A DNA stretch of 64,000 nt from an uncultured Bacteroidales bacterium (GCA_964456285.1 CAYWBC010000002.1:16999-80998); one strand, 5' to 3'. Positions 27,703 to 38,148 are shown, numbered from the stretch's first letter. Program-made: numbers and translations. The notes: a model not told the origin generated them from the sequence alone.

Positions 27703-28419
27703 ATGGATAAATGCAAAATTGAAGTTTGTCTTACCCCTGGCATTTATGATACTTTCCGTAACGATAATGCCATTGTTGTTGTGGTTGATATTTTACGTGC
27801 TACTTCAGCAATTTGCACGGCTTTCATGCATGGAGCAAAACGAATTATTCCTGTTGCTACGCTTGAAGAAGCTCAGGATTATAAGAATAAAGGATATATG
27901 GTAGCTGCTGAGAGGGATGGGATTGTGCGTGATTTTGCAGATTTTGGTAACTCTCCTTACAATTTTACTCCCGAACGGGTTAAGGGCCAGGAGATTGTTT
28001 ATAGTACTACCAATGGAACCAATACCATTATGATGGCCTCTCACAGTCATGAAGTTCTTATTGGAGCATATTTGAATCATAGTGCCCTGGTTGAACACAT
28101 TCAGAATAAAAAACATGACGTACTCATTCTGTGTGCGGGATGGAAAAATAAATTCAATCTCGAAGACACCCTTTTTGCAGGAGTATTGGCTGAATCAATT
28201 TTAAAGAGCGATAATTTCTATACTATATGCGATTCAACTTATGCTGCTATGGATTTGTGGAATTTGGCTAGTCATGACTTGAATGCTTACTTTGAAAAAG
28301 TAGCTCAACGTCATCGGCTTAAGAAAAATGGACTGGATGATGTTTTGGAATATTGCCATACATTCGACTTAACGAAACAAATACCTTACTTAAAAGACTT
28401 TTATTTGGTTACACTTTAA
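27703..28419 (+). CDS. 2-phosphosulfolactate phosphatase (ComB) family protein
   Basis: 238 aa. ComB-family pattern VVVDILRATS...IPV; size and layout fit. 5-nt gap after gcvT. Confidence 0.7.
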   Translation: MDKCKIEVCLTPGIYDTFRNDNAIVVVVDILRATSAICTAFMHGAKRIIPVATLEEAQDYKNKGYMVAAERDGIVRDFADFGNSPYNFTPERVKGQEIVYSTTNGTNTIMMASHSHEVLIGAYLNHSALVEHIQNKKHDVLILCAGWKNKFNLEDTLFAGVLAESILKSDNFYTICDSTYAAMDLWNLASHDLNAYFEKVAQRHRLKKNGLDDVLEYCHTFDLTKQIPYLKDFYLVTL

Positions 28420-28505
28420 ACATTTTGGAGAAGAAAAATCGCACTTTGGATACCTGTTAGTAAAATGTAAATAGATATTATAGGGTGAAACGACGATAGT
28501 ATTGA

Positions 28506-28513
28506 TATTTTTG
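28506..28513 (+). promoter_or_regulatory. candidate -7 box TATTTTTG upstream of serC
   Basis: Exact TAnnTTTG match 112 nt upstream of the ATG at 28625, implying a ~100-nt leader. Confidence 0.25.
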
Positions 28514-28624
28514 TATTTTTACCCTTCCATTTTTCAGTTGTTATTTAATTAACAAATGAATTCTTTGTTCATTTTGCTTTATTAGTAGCCGGAAGTCATT
28601 TACAAACAGAAAATTTATTAAAGT

Positions 28625-29695
28625 ATGAAAAAGCACAATTTTAACGCAGGACCTTCAATTATTCCCGATCAGGTCAAAGAAGTAACCGCCAAAGGTATAT
28701 TGGATCTAGATGGTATAGGATTATCAGTGATGGAGATCTCGCATCGGTCGAAGGAGTTTTCTGCAATTATCGAAGAAGCTGTTGATCTTGTTCGTGAATT
28801 ATTGCTTGTGCCTGATTCACATTCTGTTATTTTTACTCATGGAGGAGCCAGCCTTAATTTTTGCATGATACCCTACAATTTATTGCAAACAAAAGCTGCC
28901 TATCTTGATACAGGATCATGGTCATCAAAAGCCATTAAAGAAGCTAAATTGTTTGGAGAGGTAGAAATAGTTGCTTCATCTAAGGATAAGAACTATACCT
29001 ATATTCCAAAAGATTTTTCAATACCTACAGATGTTGATTATTTTCATATCACTACAAACAATACAATTTTTGGAACAGAAATTAAAGAAGATATGGATTC
29101 TCCTGTTCCTATGATAGCTGATGCTTCTTCTGATATATTGAGTCGGCCCGTTGACGTATCCAAATATGCAATGATCTATGGAGGTGCCCAGAAAAATGTT
29201 GGACCTGCAGGTGTTGCATTTGTTATTATTAGAAATGATATTCTTGGGAAAGTGGATCGTCAGATACCAAGCATGCTGAATTACAAAACCTATATTGATA
29301 ATGCCTCGTTATTCAATACTCCTTCATGCCTGGCAATTTACGGTTGTCTGAACATGCTAAAATGGCTTAAAGGTCTTGGAGGTGTTCCTGCTATTCATAA
29401 AATGAACATTGAAAAAGCTAAAGTGCTTTACAATGAGATTGACAGGAACAAACTCTTTAATTCTCCGATTCCAGGCGAAGAAGATCGATCTGATATGAAC
29501 GTAACTTTTGTTATGAATGAAGAATATAAGGATAAAGAGGCAGATTTTCTTCAATATGCCATTTCTCAGGGTATGGTTGGTATTAAGGGACATCGTTCAG
29601 TTGGCGGATTCAGAGCATCTATTTACAATGCATTGCCTTTGGAAAGTGTTATGGCATTAGTAGATGCAATGAAAGAATTTGAAGCAAAAATTTAA
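28625..29695 (+). CDS. serC: 3-phosphoserine aminotransferase SerC
   Basis: 356 aa. N-terminus NFNAGPS, SHRSKEF; class V aminotransferase layout. Followed by serA. Confidence 0.93.
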   Translation: MKKHNFNAGPSIIPDQVKEVTAKGILDLDGIGLSVMEISHRSKEFSAIIEEAVDLVRELLLVPDSHSVIFTHGGASLNFCMIPYNLLQTKAAYLDTGSWSSKAIKEAKLFGEVEIVASSKDKNYTYIPKDFSIPTDVDYFHITTNNTIFGTEIKEDMDSPVPMIADASSDILSRPVDVSKYAMIYGGAQKNVGPAGVAFVIIRNDILGKVDRQIPSMLNYKTYIDNASLFNTPSCLAIYGCLNMLKWLKGLGGVPAIHKMNIEKAKVLYNEIDRNKLFNSPIPGEEDRSDMNVTFVMNEEYKDKEADFLQYAISQGMVGIKGHRSVGGFRASIYNALPLESVMALVDAMKEFEAKI

Positions 29696-29708
29696 TAAAT
29701 ATTGATTT

Positions 29709-30629
29709 ATGACAAAAGTACTTTTAGCAACTGTTAAACCCTTTGCTCCGGCTGCTGTTGAGGGAATTAAGAAAATAATTGATGATGCAGGTTTTGAGTT
29801 GATTCTTTTGGAAAAATACAATGGGCAGGAAGAACTGATTTCAGCGGCCTCAGATGTTGATGCAATTATTTTGAGAAGCGATATAATAGATAAGGATGTT
29901 ATTGAGGCAGGGAAGAATCTTAAAATAGTTGTAAGGGCAGGAGCAGGTTATGATAATGTAGATCTTAATGCTGCAACAGCAAATGATGTTTGCGTAATGA
30001 ATACTCCCGGTCAGAATTCGAATGCAGTTGCTGAGCTGGGCATAGGAATGATGATTCTGCTCAATCGTAATAAATACAATGGAACTGCAGGAACTGAATT
30101 AAGAGGAAAAACATTTGGACTTCATGCATACGGACACATTGGAAAAATCATGGGACACATCGGGAAAGGCTTGGGAATGGAGATTTATGCACACGATCCT
30201 TTTGTTGACAAAGTAGTAATTGAAAATGATGGTGTGAAATGTGTTGAAAATGTAAAAGATCTTTACAAGAATTGTCAGTATGTAGCTGCGAATCTTCCTG
30301 CAAATGAAAAAACAAAAGGATCTATTAATTATGATCTCATGTCACTTATGCCTAAGGGAGCTACCATTGTAAACACAGCAAGAAAAGAAATCGTTGATGA
30401 ACCCTCATTGCTTAAGATGTTTGAAGATCGTGACGATTTCAGGTACATAACAGATATTGTTCCTGATTGCAAAGATATCCTTGAAGAGAAATATTCTGAT
30501 CGCTATTTTGCTACTCCTAAAAAGATGGGTGCACAAACTGCTGAAGCAAATATTAATGCAGGTCTTGCAGCTGCCCGTCAGATTGTTGGATTTATTAAGG
30601 ATGGAGACACTACCTTTAAGGTAAATTAG
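29709..30629 (+). CDS. serA: D-3-phosphoglycerate dehydrogenase (short form, D-2-hydroxyacid dehydrogenase family)
   Basis: RAGAGYDNVD, NAD-binding GLHAYGHIG, 306 aa. Adjacent to serC. Confidence 0.85.
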   Translation: MTKVLLATVKPFAPAAVEGIKKIIDDAGFELILLEKYNGQEELISAASDVDAIILRSDIIDKDVIEAGKNLKIVVRAGAGYDNVDLNAATANDVCVMNTPGQNSNAVAELGIGMMILLNRNKYNGTAGTELRGKTFGLHAYGHIGKIMGHIGKGLGMEIYAHDPFVDKVVIENDGVKCVENVKDLYKNCQYVAANLPANEKTKGSINYDLMSLMPKGATIVNTARKEIVDEPSLLKMFEDRDDFRYITDIVPDCKDILEEKYSDRYFATPKKMGAQTAEANINAGLAAARQIVGFIKDGDTTFKVN

Positions 30630-30658
30630 TTTTTTTTTCAAATACAGAACAAGATTTT

Positions 30659-31906
30659 ATGGCAATTTTAAAGCCCTTCAGAGGGTTCAGACCTGCGAAG
30701 GAATTAGTTGATCGTATTGCTTCCAGACCTTACGATGTGCTTAATTCTGATGAAGCAAGATCGGAAGCAGAGGATAATCCCTACACTTTTTTACACGTTG
30801 TTAAGCCTGAGATCGATCTTCCTGCTGATACTGATCACTATGCAGATGTCGTTTACGAAACAGGTAGAGAAAATCTTAAAAAGTTAATTTCTGAAGGCAC
30901 TTTTTCGCAGGACGAAACTGACATTTACTACATCTATGCTCAAACATTATGGGGCAAGACTCAGTATGGTCTGGTTGCCTGTGCAAGTGTTAATGATTAC
31001 CTCAATGGAATCATTCGGAAACACGAATTGACAAGACCGGATAAGGAAGAGGACAGGAAAAAACATATTCGTGTAACCAATTTTAATGCTGAACCTGTAT
31101 TTTTTGCATATCCGGATAATAAAAACATTGATGCGATTGTTGACAGGATTATCAAGGGCGCACCTGAATATAATTTCTCCACAAAAGATGGTGTTGGACA
31201 TGCCTTTTGGTTGGTAGACATTGAAGATGATGTTAATGATATTGAGAGAATTTTCAAAGAAGAGGTGGATTATACTTATGTGGCCGACGGACATCACCGA
31301 ACAGCTGCAGCAGCTCATGTTGGTGAAGAAAGAAAGAAAGAAAATCCAAATCATACAGGCAATGAACAGTACAATTATTTTTTAGCAGTTCATTTCCCAG
31401 CTTCTCAACTTACTATAATTGATTATAACAGGCTTGTTGAAGACCTGAATGGTAATTCTCCTGAGGAATTTATTGCAAAAATAGAAAAGGACTTTGATGT
31501 TCAGGAGTTTGGAACTGAGCCTTATAAACCTTTAGCTTTGCATGAGTTTTCAATGTATATGAAGGACAAATGGTATATATTGAAAGCAAAAGAAAATACT
31601 TACGATGATAATGCTCCCATAGGCTGCCTTGATGTAACTGTGCTCTCAAATGCTTTATTAGACCCTATTCTGGATATTAAGGATTTACGTAAATCTAAAA
31701 GAATTGATTTTGTTGGTGGTATACGTGGATTGGAAGAATTAGAGCGCAGGGTAGATTCAGGTGAAATGGCCGTTGCATTTGCTTTGTATCCCGTATCTAT
31801 GGAGCAGTTAATCAATATAGCCGACACAGGCAATATTATGCCTCCAAAAACAACCTGGTTTGAACCTAAGTTGAGAAGCGGCCTGGTTGTTCATGAATTG
31901 GAGTAG
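30659..31906 (+). CDS. DUF1015 family protein
   Basis: 415 aa. N-terminal ILKPFRGFRP...SRPYDV and the central ADGHHR motif, as I recall for DUF1015. Confidence 0.75.
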   Translation: MAILKPFRGFRPAKELVDRIASRPYDVLNSDEARSEAEDNPYTFLHVVKPEIDLPADTDHYADVVYETGRENLKKLISEGTFSQDETDIYYIYAQTLWGKTQYGLVACASVNDYLNGIIRKHELTRPDKEEDRKKHIRVTNFNAEPVFFAYPDNKNIDAIVDRIIKGAPEYNFSTKDGVGHAFWLVDIEDDVNDIERIFKEEVDYTYVADGHHRTAAAAHVGEERKKENPNHTGNEQYNYFLAVHFPASQLTIIDYNRLVEDLNGNSPEEFIAKIEKDFDVQEFGTEPYKPLALHEFSMYMKDKWYILKAKENTYDDNAPIGCLDVTVLSNALLDPILDIKDLRKSKRIDFVGGIRGLEELERRVDSGEMAVAFALYPVSMEQLINIADTGNIMPPKTTWFEPKLRSGLVVHELE

Positions 31907-32072
31907 TATCCCTTTTGGTTTTACGCTTAATGGGTTTAGCTCAATAAATTCTCTCGTTTACAGCACCATTGATAAATATTTTTTATTGTATTCATATTGA
32001 ACCTATTGAATAATTATTTGTAATAGTATTAGGTGCAAATTTTAGATAGGACTTTTAAGATTTTTTTTTTTC

Positions 32073-32080
32073 TATCTTTG
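32073..32080 (+). promoter_or_regulatory. candidate -7 box TATCTTTG for the PEPCK gene
   Basis: Exact TAnnTTTG match 70 nt upstream of the ATG at 32150. Confidence 0.35.
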
Positions 32081-32149
32081 TTGCCGCAAAAAATTATGCT
32101 AGTGTTATGAATTAATCAAATATACATACCATTTTAAAAGGAACAAATT

Positions 32150-34015
32150 ATGAACATTGATCATAGTATTTTAAGCAAAGAAAATTTAGAAAAACTTGAG
32201 TATTTAAATAACTCTAAGGTTTTAAAAATTGTGGAAGACTTCACAAATCTGCTAAAGCCATCAAAGGTTACAGTTATTACCGATTCTCAAGATGATATAG
32301 ATTATGTTAGAGAATTAGCTTTAAGGAGTGGGGAAGAAAGGGCGTTGAGTATGAAAGGCCATACAATACATTATGATGGCTATTTTGATCAGGCCAGAGA
32401 TAAAGATAATACTAGCATACTGGTTACGCCTGATATGAAAATGAGCAAGGTAATCAAAACAAAACTCAGACAAGAAGGAGTAAAGGAAGTATTAGAAATA
32501 ATGGATGGAGCTATGACAGGAAAAGAAGCTCTGGTCAGGTTTTTTTGCCTTGGTCCTCTGAACTCAAAGTTCTCAATTTGTGCTTTACAGATAACAGATT
32601 CGTCCTATGTTGGACATAGTGAGGATATTCTTTACAGATCAGGCTATGAGGAATTTAAAAAATTGAATGGTTCTGATGATTTCTTCTATCTGGTTCATTC
32701 AGCAGGTGAATTGGATGAAAGAGGAAACACAAAAAATATTGACAAAAGAAGAATTTACATGGACCTGAAAGAAAACAGGGTGTTTACTGTAAATAATCAA
32801 TATGCTGGAAATAGTCTGGGATTAAAGAAATTAGCTCTTAGATTGGCAATTTACAAGGCTAATAATGAAGATTGGTTAACAGAACATATGTTTATCATGG
32901 GAATAAAGCCTGAGGGCAAAAATAGGATTTCTTATTTTACCGGAGCATTTCCAAGTGCATGTGGTAAGACTTCAACAGCTATGGTGCCAGGCCAGACAAT
33001 TGTTGGAGACGATATTGCATATCTTAGAGAATGGAACGATGGGACATGTCATGCAGTTAATATTGAGCAAGGGATATTTGGAATTATTACAGATGTTAAC
33101 CCAAAAGATGATCCCTTCATTTATGAAGTACTTACTACTCCTCGAGAACTTATATTTTCAAATATTTTAATTCATGATGGTCAACCATATTGGCTAAATA
33201 TGGGGAGAGAGCTTCCAAAGGAAGGTATGAATCATTTCAGTGAGAACTGGAAATTAGGAGATAAAGACAATGATGGTAAAGAAATTGAACATGCACACAA
33301 GAATGCGAGATATACTGTCAGAATTAATGAATTATCCAATGTTGATCCAAATCTTCATAATCCGGATGGCGTTGCCATTAGTGGAGTTATATACGGTGGC
33401 CGCGATTCTGATACATCTGTTCCTGTATTTCAAAGTCTGAATTGGGAGCATGGTGTATACATTGGAGCGACAATTGAATCAGAGACTACAGCCGCAACTC
33501 TGGGACAGGAAGGTGTCAGAAAGTTCAGTCCAATGGCCAATCTCGATTTTCTTGTTGTACAATTGGGTAAGTACATTGATAATCATTTAAACTTTGGAAA
33601 AAAACTGAAAAGTAAACCTTCGGTATTTGCTACCAATTATTTTATTAAAGAAAACGGTGAGTTTCTCTGTGAGAAGGTCGATAAAAAAGTATGGTTAATA
33701 TGGATGGAAGGGAGAGTGCATGGAGAATATGATGCAATAGAAACTCCAATTGGATATATTCCAAAATATGAAAACTTGCAATCATTGTTTATGCAGGTAT
33801 TTAATAGAGAATATACAAAAGAACTTTATGAAAAACAGTTTTCAATCAGAATTCAAAAATTCCTTGAGAAGATTGAACGAATGGAAAAAATTTATGCTGA
33901 TGAGAAGGATATTCCGGAAGCGTTTAATGCTATAATGAAAAATCAAAAAGAAAAACTTTTAGCATTTAAAGAACGGCATGGGAAAAGTACGGTAAACCCG
34001 TTTGATATTGTTTAA
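32150..34015 (+). CDS. pckG: phosphoenolpyruvate carboxykinase (GTP-dependent type)
   Basis: 621 aa. Kinase-1a FPSACGKTS, GDDIAYL, YGGRDSDT. Layout of the GTP-PEPCK family. Confidence 0.92.
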   Translation: MNIDHSILSKENLEKLEYLNNSKVLKIVEDFTNLLKPSKVTVITDSQDDIDYVRELALRSGEERALSMKGHTIHYDGYFDQARDKDNTSILVTPDMKMSKVIKTKLRQEGVKEVLEIMDGAMTGKEALVRFFCLGPLNSKFSICALQITDSSYVGHSEDILYRSGYEEFKKLNGSDDFFYLVHSAGELDERGNTKNIDKRRIYMDLKENRVFTVNNQYAGNSLGLKKLALRLAIYKANNEDWLTEHMFIMGIKPEGKNRISYFTGAFPSACGKTSTAMVPGQTIVGDDIAYLREWNDGTCHAVNIEQGIFGIITDVNPKDDPFIYEVLTTPRELIFSNILIHDGQPYWLNMGRELPKEGMNHFSENWKLGDKDNDGKEIEHAHKNARYTVRINELSNVDPNLHNPDGVAISGVIYGGRDSDTSVPVFQSLNWEHGVYIGATIESETTAATLGQEGVRKFSPMANLDFLVVQLGKYIDNHLNFGKKLKSKPSVFATNYFIKENGEFLCEKVDKKVWLIWMEGRVHGEYDAIETPIGYIPKYENLQSLFMQVFNREYTKELYEKQFSIRIQKFLEKIERMEKIYADEKDIPEAFNAIMKNQKEKLLAFKERHGKSTVNPFDIV

Positions 34016-34037
34016 ACAAAATCAATTAAATAATATT

Positions 34038-34075
34038 AAGCCTCTAAGTATTTCATTTAGAGGCTTTTTGTTTTT
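34038..34075 (+). terminator. rho-independent terminator after the PEPCK gene
   Basis: 10-bp stem AAGCCTCTAA (34038-34047) pairs with TTAGAGGCTT (34057-34066), then TTTGTTTTT. Confidence 0.85.
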
Positions 34076-34160
34076 ATAACTATCAAATTGTAAGTCAATA
34101 GTTTTGATACTAAAATATTTACTCTAAATTTGTAACGCCTTATCAATCTGTTCTTTGATT

Positions 34161-34811
34161 ATGTCTTTGATAATCAAGATTTTATTTATTGTTTTAGCTT
34201 ATCTCCTTGGATCTGTCCCATCATCGGTTTGGATTGGAAAACGATTTTACAGCATAGATGTTAGAGAACATGGAAGCGGTAATGCTGGTTTTACTAACAC
34301 TGTAAGGGTGCTTGGTTGGAAAGCTGGTTTGCCCGTTTTTTTACTCGATATATTAAAGGGTTATATTGCGGTTAGCATAATCAGGCTTTCTTCAGTTTAT
34401 ATACCTGGTACAGCCGATTTTGTCAATTATCAACTGATCCTTGGGGCTGCAGCTGTTCTTGGTCATATTTTCCCTGTTTATGTTAATTTTAAAGGAGGAA
34501 AGGGAGTGGCTACATTGCTCGGATTGCTATTAGCAATTCAACCACAGCCAACACTTATTTGCTTGGGGATTTTTTTGGTTGTTTTTCTTACAACAAGATA
34601 CGTTTCTCTAAGCTCAATGATTGCGGGAATATCTTTTCCTATTTTAATAATCTTCGTTTTTAAAACTACTATATCATCTCTCATCATCTTTTCTATGATA
34701 GTATCAATTCTGCTGATTTTAACTCATCAGAAGAACATTGAGCGTTTGCTAAACAGAGAAGAATCAAGAGCTAAGATTATCAAGAAGAGAGAGAAGCACA
34801 GATTTAAATAA
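34161..34811 (+). CDS. plsY: glycerol-3-phosphate acyltransferase PlsY
   Basis: HGSGNAGFTN and KGGKGVAT motifs, multi-TM. ATG at 34161 preferred over the TTG at 34155. Confidence 0.9.
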   Translation: MSLIIKILFIVLAYLLGSVPSSVWIGKRFYSIDVREHGSGNAGFTNTVRVLGWKAGLPVFLLDILKGYIAVSIIRLSSVYIPGTADFVNYQLILGAAAVLGHIFPVYVNFKGGKGVATLLGLLLAIQPQPTLICLGIFLVVFLTTRYVSLSSMIAGISFPILIIFVFKTTISSLIIFSMIVSILLILTHQKNIERLLNREESRAKIIKKREKHRFK

Positions 34812-34820
34812 TCCCAACTA

Positions 34821-35663
34821 CTATTCATTCGTTTTATCCGGATAAAAATGCACATCCCTTTGAGGGAAAGGAATTCTGATGCCATTCTTTCTGAATGCAT
34901 CGTCAATCTTAAAGCGAATATTACTTTTTGTATCTTCTACACGAAATGTTTCTATTGTCCAAAAAAACAATTCAAAATCGAGTGAAGAATTTCCAAAATC
35001 GACAAAACGAACAAAGGGTGAAGGGTTGTTGAAAATTGTTTCCTGATCGGTTGCACATTCAAGCAAAACTTTTTTTACAAGGGGTACATCCGATCCATAG
35101 GCTACACCCACTTTGACACAGAAACGGGTTTTCTTTTCCATATGGCTCCAGTTTATAACCACATCGTTAATAAGCTTCGAATTTGGTACAATCAGTATAA
35201 TGTTATCTCTGGTTTCAAGCTTGGAAGTGCGCAAGTTTATTTGCTTTACTCTGCCCACTTCACCTTCTGCAATTTGCACAACATCATTTACCCTCAATGT
35301 ACCTTCAATAAGCAAAGATATGCCCGATACAAAATCCTGAAATATTTTCTGCAGGCCAAGACCCAGACCAACCAATAAAGCGGCTGAACTGGCCAGTAGA
35401 AATGTAATCTTTATACCAATCGAATCAAGAGTCAAGGCAACTGCAATTACCCACAACACATACTTGATTAACTGATACATGGCTTGACCGGTTCCCTGAT
35501 CAATGCGGTTTCGCTTTTCTTGTTTGAAAAATATTCTGCGAATAATTAATAAAATAATTGGCGTAATGATCAATATTAAAAAGACAATGAGGAGGTGAAA
35601 TACCGTAATTTGAATTTTGTCAGTACTGATCAATTCAATCTCAAAAAATTCTTTTATACTCAT
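34821..35663 (-). CDS. MscS-family mechanosensitive channel
   Basis: 3 TM plus MscS beta-domain pattern (VNDVVQIAEGEVGRVKQINLRTSKLETRDNIILIVPNSKL). Starts 12 nt after the cdaA stop. Confidence 0.85.
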   Translation of the reverse strand: MSIKEFFEIELISTDKIQITVFHLLIVFLILIITPIILLIIRRIFFKQEKRNRIDQGTGQAMYQLIKYVLWVIAVALTLDSIGIKITFLLASSAALLVGLGLGLQKIFQDFVSGISLLIEGTLRVNDVVQIAEGEVGRVKQINLRTSKLETRDNIILIVPNSKLINDVVINWSHMEKKTRFCVKVGVAYGSDVPLVKKVLLECATDQETIFNNPSPFVRFVDFGNSSLDFELFFWTIETFRVEDTKSNIRFKIDDAFRKNGIRIPFPQRDVHFYPDKTNE

Positions 35664-35675
35664 TTAAGTAATGTA

Positions 35676-36455
35676 TTATCCAAAGTGTTTTTTCAAAATA
35701 TTCCAAAGATCTTGTTCTCCAACTCCCGAAATCAATTCTCCATGTTCTGCAATGGAAATATCTCCACGTTCCTCAGAAACAATAATTACAACAGCATCTG
35801 TATTTTCACTAATTCCAAGTCCGGCCCTATGTCTCATGCCATAATAGGGTGGAAGATTTGTATTGCTTGAAAATGGTAAAACAGATCGTGCAGATACAAT
35901 CAGGTCATCGTGAATGATTGCTGCTCCATCATGCAGGGGACCGGTTTTCAGAAATATACTCTCTAGCAATCGGCTGGAAGTCTGAGCATTCAAAATATCT
36001 CCCGTTTCGGCATATAATTCGAGAGATGATTTACGGGAGATTACTATCAGGGCACCTGTATAACTATTCGACATATTAATACAGGCTTTATGAATGGATG
36101 ATATCTTAACTTTTTCTATGATTGACTCACCTCTTTTTAATATGTTCTGCAGGGAAAATTTCTTGTTGGGAAAGTATTTGCTACCTAAAAAAATCAAATA
36201 CCTTCTTATTTCCTGCTGAAAAAGAATAATTAGGGCTATGGCTCCTCCTTCAATTACAGCACCTAAAATTGATGTGAGTAGTTTCATTTTTAACATGCTC
36301 ACAAAAAAGTGAAGGAGCCAGATACCTATTATAGCAACAAAAATATTGAATGCAGCAGTGCCTCTGATTATCATGTATATCTGGTACATTAAAAAGGCAA
36401 CTAGAAGAATGTCAATAATATCTATAAAACGTACTGTTATAAATGTGAAAAGCAT
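35676..36455 (-). CDS. cdaA: membrane-anchored diadenylate cyclase CdaA
   Basis: 3 N-terminal TM. DAC domain motifs DGAAII and GMRHRAGLGISE. Confidence 0.9.
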   Translation of the reverse strand: MLFTFITVRFIDIIDILLVAFLMYQIYMIIRGTAAFNIFVAIIGIWLLHFFVSMLKMKLLTSILGAVIEGGAIALIILFQQEIRRYLIFLGSKYFPNKKFSLQNILKRGESIIEKVKISSIHKACINMSNSYTGALIVISRKSSLELYAETGDILNAQTSSRLLESIFLKTGPLHDGAAIIHDDLIVSARSVLPFSSNTNLPPYYGMRHRAGLGISENTDAVVIIVSEERGDISIAEHGELISGVGEQDLWNILKKHFG

Positions 36456-36487
36456 GATTAAAAATAATTCTTAGATAAAGATACACA

Positions 36488-37375
36488 TTACTTCTGTAGG
36501 TTGATATAATTCATACCCTCCTCCTTTGTTTTCAAATATAAATTAATGGTTTGTCTGGCTTCTTTAACATCATGAACCCGTAAGATATTTGCTCCATTTG
36601 TAAGTGCAATCATGTTTAGAGCAATGGTTCCATTCAATGACTCCTCAGCATTGATTTCCAGAAAACGATAGATCATAGATTTCCTGCTAATTCCTGCAAG
36701 CACGGGACAATTTAAAATTTTGAAGGCACTGAGATGTGCCAATAGTTGATAATTTTGCCCCATGGTCTTGCCAAAGCCGAATCCGGGATCAATTATGATA
36801 TCATTGAGTCCCTTCTGCTTCAATGAATCAATTTGAGTTCCCAGAAAATCAATGATGTCATTTATCAGGTCATTGTATTTAGTCTTTGATTGCATATTCT
36901 TTGGGGTTCCGGGCATGTGCATAATGATATAAGGTATCTGAAGTTCTGCAATAGTATCATGCATTTTAGAATCTATTTGCCCCCCGGAAATATCATTAAT
37001 CATATTGATACTAAATTCATTAACAAGTTCTCGAGCTATTGCAGATCTAAATGTATCAACAGATAGCAGATGATCAGGATATTTCTTACGTATTATATTT
37101 AATGCTAAAGTCAATCTTCGTAATTCTTCCTTTTCACTAATATTATCTGCTCCCGGTCTTGATGAATATGCTCCTATGTCAATAATTTCTACGCCATCTA
37201 AAATCAATTCTCCCACTCTTGCGAGTATTGAATTTTCTTCCGTGTATTTTCCACCGTCAAAGAAGGAATCGGGAGTAATATTTAGAATGCCCATAATTTT
37301 TGGAGACGAAAAATCCAGACATTTTCCTCTGCAGTTAATGATTTGTTTCTTTTCAAAAAATGTATCTTTATCCAT
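36488..37375 (-). CDS. folP: dihydropteroate synthase FolP
   Basis: GILNITPDSFFDGG, DIGAYSSRPG, DPGFGFGK. ATG at 37375 (MDKDTFF...) preferred; the ORF is open to a GTG at 37426. Confidence 0.9.
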   Translation of the reverse strand: MDKDTFFEKKQIINCRGKCLDFSSPKIMGILNITPDSFFDGGKYTEENSILARVGELILDGVEIIDIGAYSSRPGADNISEKEELRRLTLALNIIRKKYPDHLLSVDTFRSAIARELVNEFSINMINDISGGQIDSKMHDTIAELQIPYIIMHMPGTPKNMQSKTKYNDLINDIIDFLGTQIDSLKQKGLNDIIIDPGFGFGKTMGQNYQLLAHLSAFKILNCPVLAGISRKSMIYRFLEINAEESLNGTIALNMIALTNGANILRVHDVKEARQTINLYLKTKEEGMNYINLQK

Positions 37376-37450
37376 CAGAACAATTGGTGTTGATCCCTTC
37401 GTAAAGGTAAAAATAAGCATTAGCACCTGGAATATCTTGAGAAAAAATTA

Positions 37451-38146
37451 TTGACCGTGAGTTTTATAGTTATTGAAGGTTTGGATGGTTCAGGAAAATC
37501 GACACAATTAAATCTTGTTGAGCAGTTTTTCAAGAAGCGGAATTTAAAGAGTAAATTTTTGCATTTTCCCCGCACTGATTCTCCTATTTGGGGTGAACTG
37601 ATAAGTCGGTTTTTGCGTGGTGATCTGGGAAAGATAACTCAGGTTAATCCATACCTTATCGCTTTACTTTATGCCGGAGATCGAAATGATGCAGCTGCTG
37701 ACTTAAAACTATGGATGACTGAAGGCTTTTTTGTTATAGCTGATCGCTATTTGTATTCCAACATTGCTTTTCAATGTGCTAAACTTACAGATAAAGCAGA
37801 AAAAGAACGACTTGCAAAATGGATAAAACATTTCGAATACGAGTACAATAAAATACCTGTACCTGATTTAAATCTGTATTTGAATGTACCTTTTCATTTC
37901 ACACAAAAAAATTTAAACAATGCCCGCCAGGGAACAGACAGGGATTATTTAAATGGTGCTTTTGATATTCATGAAGCAGACCTTGATTTTCAGAAAAGAG
38001 TTCGGGAAGTCTATTTGTGGCAGGTGGAAGATAATGATGACTTTGAATCGATAGAATGTGGGGACATAAATGGTAATGTAATTGCACCGGAGAAAATATC
38101 AGAACTTATCATTGAAAAAATCAAATCAAAACTTTCATTATTATAA
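37451..38146 (+). CDS. tmk: dTMP (thymidylate) kinase
   Basis: P-loop IEGLDGSGKSTQ, DRY motif. Start is non-ATG (TTG at 37451 or GTG at 37457). Confidence 0.88.
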   Translation: MTVSFIVIEGLDGSGKSTQLNLVEQFFKKRNLKSKFLHFPRTDSPIWGELISRFLRGDLGKITQVNPYLIALLYAGDRNDAAADLKLWMTEGFFVIADRYLYSNIAFQCAKLTDKAEKERLAKWIKHFEYEYNKIPVPDLNLYLNVPFHFTQKNLNNARQGTDRDYLNGAFDIHEADLDFQKRVREVYLWQVEDNDDFESIECGDINGNVIAPEKISELIIEKIKSKLSLL

Positions 38147-38148
38147 TC

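Noticed and set aside
32150-34015. GTP-type PEPCK as a sign of horizontal transfer (many Bacteroidota use the ATP-type enzyme)
   Set aside because: Composition and codon usage look like the rest of the window, and GTP-type enzymes are widespread in bacteria. I cannot support an HGT claim without phylogeny.
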